Assembly: GCA_964570875.1 (NCBI GenBank)
Contig: CAZMZE010000012.1
Span: 9,948 to 73,947, forward strand
Direction of reading: 5' to 3'
DNA: 64,000 nucleotides
Origin: an uncultured Dehalococcoidia bacterium
GTDB lineage: Bacteria; Chloroflexota; Dehalococcoidia; Lucifugimonadales; CATQGZ01
In this document: positions 59,763-64,000 of the stretch, piece by piece
Layout: each line of letters opens with the position of its first letter
How positions within the stretch are numbered: the stretch's first letter is position 1
Notes under the pieces: generated by a model
The model's database searches: none
What the model saw: the letters and a program-made list of their open reading frames with translations, nothing else
Told to the model about the DNA's origin: nothing
Translations under genes and position numbers: made by a program

Positions 59763-60536
59763 TTGAATGATTTGCCATTTGATGCCGCGGTAATAGATTT
59801 GGACGGAACCATTATAGGCCGAGACGAGGAAATTGCCTTGGAAGTACTAAATGCAGTTAAATTACTTGCTCAGCATGTCCGAGTTTCAATAGTATCGGGT
59901 CGCGAACCATATGATGTACTGCGTTTCGCAGCCCAATTGAGATTGGACACTCCTCAGGTGTCAGATAATGGTGCTGTGGTTTTAGATCCTGCGAGCGGCT
60001 CACCGATTTGTAGATTTCCGATGATGGCTAGACAGTCGACGCGGGTAGTCAATAGATTAGACAGGCATGGATTCAAATTTATTGCTACTCATGATAACAA
60101 AACTTTCACAAATTTGGATCAGATCAACAGATGGGACTTAGCGAGGGTTTCTGCCTTAGATTTACCTAAGGATGCCGCAGAGGCTATGGTAAAAGAATTT
60201 GAAGCGGAAAATGATATTCATGTTGTTAAAGCATACCTCCCCTACAACGATTTGTGGGCCGTGGATTTTACTAAGGCTGGGATAGATAAAGGATCAGCGG
60301 TTCGCTATTTGGCAAAATCGTATAAATCATCGACTTGTAGGTTTATTGCCATTGGAGACAGCTACAACGACATACCTATGCTGACCGAATGTGGTCTAGC
60401 AATAGCAATGGGAAATTCCCCCAATGAAGTCAGAGATTTATCTGACTTCATTGCGCCGAACGTTGAAAGCAATGGCTTGAAAACGGCTATAGAAGAGTTT
60501 ATTTTCCCCTTACTGCGTAACAGGAAGCAACAGTGA
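59763..60536 (+). CDS. HAD-superfamily hydrolase, Cof/IIB type
   Basis: It has motif I VIDLDGTI, motif IV GDSYNDIPM and a cap domain between them. It has a TTG start. Confidence 0.85.
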   Translation: MNDLPFDAAVIDLDGTIIGRDEEIALEVLNAVKLLAQHVRVSIVSGREPYDVLRFAAQLRLDTPQVSDNGAVVLDPASGSPICRFPMMARQSTRVVNRLDRHGFKFIATHDNKTFTNLDQINRWDLARVSALDLPKDAAEAMVKEFEAENDIHVVKAYLPYNDLWAVDFTKAGIDKGSAVRYLAKSYKSSTCRFIAIGDSYNDIPMLTECGLAIAMGNSPNEVRDLSDFIAPNVESNGLKTAIEEFIFPLLRNRKQQ

Positions 60537-60542
60537 GATGCC

Positions 60543-61745
60543 ATGAGAGATTCACAAAGACTTGAATGTGATTTCCAGTCTGGTCGCCTTATTCAACCAA
60601 ATGAAAATGAGTTAAATATTGTAGATCTTGCAAATTCGCTAGCCTTATTATCTGGTGTAGACTCAGCCAAAAACAATCATGGTGTTCGCACTATCGCTGA
60701 CATGATAGGTGAAATACAACATCTCATTTTTGTAGTGGTTGATGGTTTTGGTGAAATACTGTTGAATTCTTTAGGTTCCGACTCTTTTTTGGCACAACAT
60801 AAAAAACTATCACTACGGACCGTGTTTCCAACCACGACCGCCTCTGCTATAACTTCATTTTTTACAGGGGAATGGCCGAGTCGGCATGCTGCTATTGGTT
60901 GGTATACATATCTGCCTGAAGTGGATTCAGTGGCTACAATCATACCGTTTGTACGATCCACGGACCAAATTGCTCTGACAGAAATTGGATTAACGCTGGA
61001 CCAAGTATATCCTACGCCGTCTCTTTTGAGTAAATATACTAGGAACAAGATCTCTCTGTTTCCCCAGTATATCTGCGGATCTGTTTTTTCGACATACTGC
61101 AGTGGAGAAGTTGGCCAGAAAAGTTATAGAAATTTAAATGAGGCTATAGATATCATTGCTGAGAGAATCAACGGATCTAACGACCAGACTTATACCTATT
61201 TGTATATTTCTGAAGTAGATAGTATGGGGCATAAATTTGGGTACACATCCGATGAAACACTGATAACTGCTAGGTCCGTTGACCAAATTCTGTTGAAGCT
61301 ATACAAAAATCTGAAAGAACAGGTCAGAATCATAGTTAGTTCAGACCATGGGGGGTTGGATGCTTCTGCGCAAAATATTCATTACATAACTAAATCTGGA
61401 CCGATTACCAAATTATTGAGAAACGATCCTTCAGGCGATAGCAGAGTTGTGTATTTCCATGTAAAGCCTGGAGCTGAGGTTGAATTTGAAACTATTTTCA
61501 GAGAGTTATACGGGGCTGAATTCTATTTAATATCGGTTGATGATTCCGAAAGATTAGGAATGTTTGGACCGGAGAAATTAACAGATATAGCACGCGGACG
61601 AATAGGTACATTTGTCTCATTATCAAAAGGAATTGATGTGCTACTTTATGACTCGCCGGCAAGAGTGCCGTCCGGGAAGAGATTGGTCGGGCATCATTCA
61701 GGACTTAGCCCCGCTGAAATATTTGTTCCTTTAATAGTTATTTGA
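60543..61745 (+). CDS. alkaline-phosphatase-superfamily nucleotide pyrophosphatase/phosphodiesterase-like protein
   Basis: It has the metal/nucleophile motifs VVVDGFG, FPTTTASAITSFFTG, SEVDSMGHKFG, SSDHGG and VGHHSG. Confidence 0.8.
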   Translation: MRDSQRLECDFQSGRLIQPNENELNIVDLANSLALLSGVDSAKNNHGVRTIADMIGEIQHLIFVVVDGFGEILLNSLGSDSFLAQHKKLSLRTVFPTTTASAITSFFTGEWPSRHAAIGWYTYLPEVDSVATIIPFVRSTDQIALTEIGLTLDQVYPTPSLLSKYTRNKISLFPQYICGSVFSTYCSGEVGQKSYRNLNEAIDIIAERINGSNDQTYTYLYISEVDSMGHKFGYTSDETLITARSVDQILLKLYKNLKEQVRIIVSSDHGGLDASAQNIHYITKSGPITKLLRNDPSGDSRVVYFHVKPGAEVEFETIFRELYGAEFYLISVDDSERLGMFGPEKLTDIARGRIGTFVSLSKGIDVLLYDSPARVPSGKRLVGHHSGLSPAEIFVPLIVI

Positions 61746-61808
61746 AAGGCAATTAATCCATGGTATGAGTAGACCCAAATTGATAACCTTCTGAATGTTC
61801 TGATGTAT

Positions 61809-61879
61809 CTGCCCGGCATGGATTCGAACCATGGACTTCAGCTCCAAAGGCTGACGTGCTACCACTACACTACCGGGCA
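61809..61879 (-). tRNA. tRNA-Gln (anticodon UUG), CCA not encoded
   Basis: The reverse complement folds as acceptor TGCCCGG/CCGGGCA, D arm GTGT-AGTGGTA-GCAC, anticodon stem TCAGC/GCTGA with loop CTTTGGA, T arm CATGG-TTCGAAT-CCATG and discriminator G. Confidence 0.88.
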
Positions 61880-62060
61880 TTGAAAAAATGCTTATGGATA
61901 TAAGATCGCCAAGGTACTACCTTAGCTCCACTAATATTCCCGAATGAGGTTTATAGGATACCACTTAATTAGCGAGTTAAGCGAAACGCCATGACCTATA
62001 CTGTGAAGTAATGTATATTTGCTTGTGGAAATTTCAAATTCTATAGAGGTTGAATAAACT

Positions 62061-63017
62061 GTGCCAGTAAATGATGTAAGCCAAGTTCAAGAATTCGCCG
62101 TACGCCTGAAGAAAGCTACTCAAAGCGTTATTGTCGGTAAAGACGAAGCAATCAAACTGACACTCATAGCTTTATTATGCAGGGGACATATACTATTGGA
62201 AGACATACCCGGCATAGGTAAAACTACCTTGTCTAAAGTTCTTGCTCAAGCATTGGGATGCGAGTTTAAACGTATCCAATTCACTCCTGATCTGATGCCT
62301 TCAGACGTTCTGGGAGTCAATTTCTTCAATCAGAAAACCGGGACTTTCGAATTACGTAAAGGGCCTGTGTTTGCGCAAGTTCTTTTGGCAGATGAGATTA
62401 ATCGTGCCACCCCAAGAACTCAATCTGCTTTGCTTGAAGCCATGCAGGAGCGCCAGGCAACAATAGATGGAGAAACTCACCCCTTGCCTGAACCTTTTGT
62501 GGTGGTCGCTACCCAAAATCCTATAGAAATGGAGGGCACTTTTCCGTTACCTGAAGCTCAGGTAGACAGGTTTATGGTCAATGTGAGTTTGGGATATCCG
62601 TCATCCTCTGAGGAAGAGCAAATATTATTAAGATTTGAGAAAGATTCTTTACCTCCCGTAATTACACCTGTTACTGATCAAGAAGAAGTTATGAAGGCCC
62701 AACAGCTCACATCCTCAGTAAAAGTTGAGCCTAACATACGAAAATATGTGGTCGACATCGTACGAAATACTCGAGAGCATACTGAGTTAGCTCTTGGTGC
62801 CAGTCCTCGTGCTGGGCTGGCACTCTATAAGGCTTCTCAGGCAACCGCAGCTATAGATGGACGCGATTTCGTCACTCCTGATGATGTTAAAAGCGCTGCA
62901 ATACCAGTCTTGGCACATCGTCTTATGTTAACCTCCGACGCACGATTGAGGAATCACAATACTGTGGATATTGTCTCCCATATTTTGTCCATGGTGAATG
63001 TGCCGATAGAGAGCTAG
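62061..63017 (+). CDS. MoxR-family AAA+ ATPase
   Basis: It has HILLEDIPGIGKT (Walker A), LLADEINRATPRTQSALLEAM (Walker B/sensor), VVATQNP and LPEAQVDRF. It has a GTG start. Confidence 0.9.
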   Translation: MPVNDVSQVQEFAVRLKKATQSVIVGKDEAIKLTLIALLCRGHILLEDIPGIGKTTLSKVLAQALGCEFKRIQFTPDLMPSDVLGVNFFNQKTGTFELRKGPVFAQVLLADEINRATPRTQSALLEAMQERQATIDGETHPLPEPFVVVATQNPIEMEGTFPLPEAQVDRFMVNVSLGYPSSSEEEQILLRFEKDSLPPVITPVTDQEEVMKAQQLTSSVKVEPNIRKYVVDIVRNTREHTELALGASPRAGLALYKASQATAAIDGRDFVTPDDVKSAAIPVLAHRLMLTSDARLRNHNTVDIVSHILSMVNVPIES

Positions 63018-63021
63018 GAAT

Positions 63022-64000
63022 TTGGGAAAAAACTCTTGGCATGAACTTTGGATATATTTCTTATTTGCACTGTTTGCATTTGGGCTTTTCATGCAACAAG
63101 GTATGGTTGTAGGTTTTGCAAGCATTGCTATATTTACCTCAGGTTTAGCATGGGTGTGGAATAGATTATCCGTTGTGGAACTAAATCACCGAAGAAAAAT
63201 ATCTGAGTCTCGGATATTTGCCGGTGAGTCTACGAAAATGACATTTAGCCTCACGAATAATAAACCTTTACCTCTTCCGAATGTGGTCGTAGAACTGGAT
63301 TTGCCCGAAGAGTTAAGCATTGAAGAGATAAAAACGTGGTCGAGTCCAGCCACTCGTACTCAGGTCCTCAGGTTGCCTACCTCCATGTTGTGGTACGAGA
63401 AAATACAATGGTCATACACATTGACGTGTAAAGAGCCTGGATTTTATCCTCTAGGACCAATCAAAATGGATAGTGGAGATATTTTTGGCTTCTTCAAGAA
63501 TTCCACCGTCCATTTTGACAAAAACTATTTGTTGGTGTACCCGAGAATAGTAAAATTAAATGAACTGGGAATGCCTTCTAACAGGCCATTGGGAGAATCC
63601 ATTGCCGGATCCAAGATGTTTGAAGACAATACACGTCCCAACGGTGTAAGGGAATATCAACAGGGCGACCCACTCAAAATTATTGATTGGAAGGCTACAG
63701 TTAAATTTCAGTCGATGCATGTGCGGACTTTTGACCCCTCATCATCGACAACAGTTATTGTTGTTTCTGCAGTGGAGACGATGAGGAGGAGATGGGAAGG
63801 ATATTCCAAGCTGTATCTTAACCGGGTAATCACTGCCAGTGCTTCAGTAGCGGCGTATGCATTTGAGAAGGGCTACAAAATAGGTCTCTTTTCAAACGGA
63901 ACGCCGATTGTGTCGAACAGGCCGTTAAAAATCCCCCCAAGTAGTGCCCCGGAACAACTAAATATTATGCTAGAGGCGTTGGCGACCATACGGCCATTTG
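63022..64000 (+). CDS. DUF58-family protein (MoxR partner); 3' end lies outside the window
   Basis: This ORF is not in the supplied track because it has no stop in the window. My own translation from TTG 63022 gives two N-terminal TM helices, then ..VREYQQGDPLKIIDWKATVKFQSMHVRTF.., the DUF58 hallmark. The start codon is uncertain. Confidence 0.8.
   Translation, partial: MGKNSWHELWIYFLFALFAFGLFMQQGMVVGFASIAIFTSGLAWVWNRLSVVELNHRRKISESRIFAGESTKMTFSLTNNKPLPLPNVVVELDLPEELSIEEIKTWSSPATRTQVLRLPTSMLWYEKIQWSYTLTCKEPGFYPLGPIKMDSGDIFGFFKNSTVHFDKNYLLVYPRIVKLNELGMPSNRPLGESIAGSKMFEDNTRPNGVREYQQGDPLKIIDWKATVKFQSMHVRTFDPSSSTTVIVVSAVETMRRRWEGYSKLYLNRVITASASVAAYAFEKGYKIGLFSNGTPIVSNRPLKIPPSSAPEQLNIMLEALATIRPF

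Overview
The window is about 64 kb of densely coding bacterial chromosome, roughly 40-45% GC by eye (not computed). I count about 58 CDS and 3 tRNAs, and found no rRNA. Most of it is core housekeeping: carAB, sucCD, recA-recX, tilS, rpsU, moaA, obg-nadD-pyrE, dnaA, purF-purM-purH, trpB, mazG, uvrA, fabI and pth. Several metabolic modules sit between these genes. I found no transposase, integrase, phage gene, CRISPR array or recognisable defence island, so this looks like ordinary core genome rather than an accessory region. A DUF3090 / SCO1664-type gene pair, an MMPL transporter and the overall protein flavour suggest a Chloroflexota- or Actinobacteria-related, possibly marine, lineage; this is low-confidence inference. 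I cannot point to one clear-cut undescribed system. The candidates for a second look, in my order of interest, are: (1) an in-frame RNase HI-MoaC fusion ORF that keeps a perfect internal Shine-Dalgarno plus ATG at the domain junction; (2) the conserved but functionally unknown kinase-like / zinc-ribbon (DUF3090) pair just upstream of rpsU; (3) a divergent CoA-transferase / citrate-synthase - MetE-like - MmgE/PrpD organic-acid module; (4) an orphan SbcC/Rad50-like ATPase with no SbcD; (5) a candidate oriC in the AT-rich obg-dnaA spacer, with one perfect DnaA box; (6) a haloacetate-dehalogenase-like / D-amino-acid PLP enzyme / methyltransferase trio; (7) a larB whose conserved N-terminus has no canonical start codon (GGAGG + 6 nt + ATA). 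All product calls rest on motifs read from the supplied translations. No database search was run.
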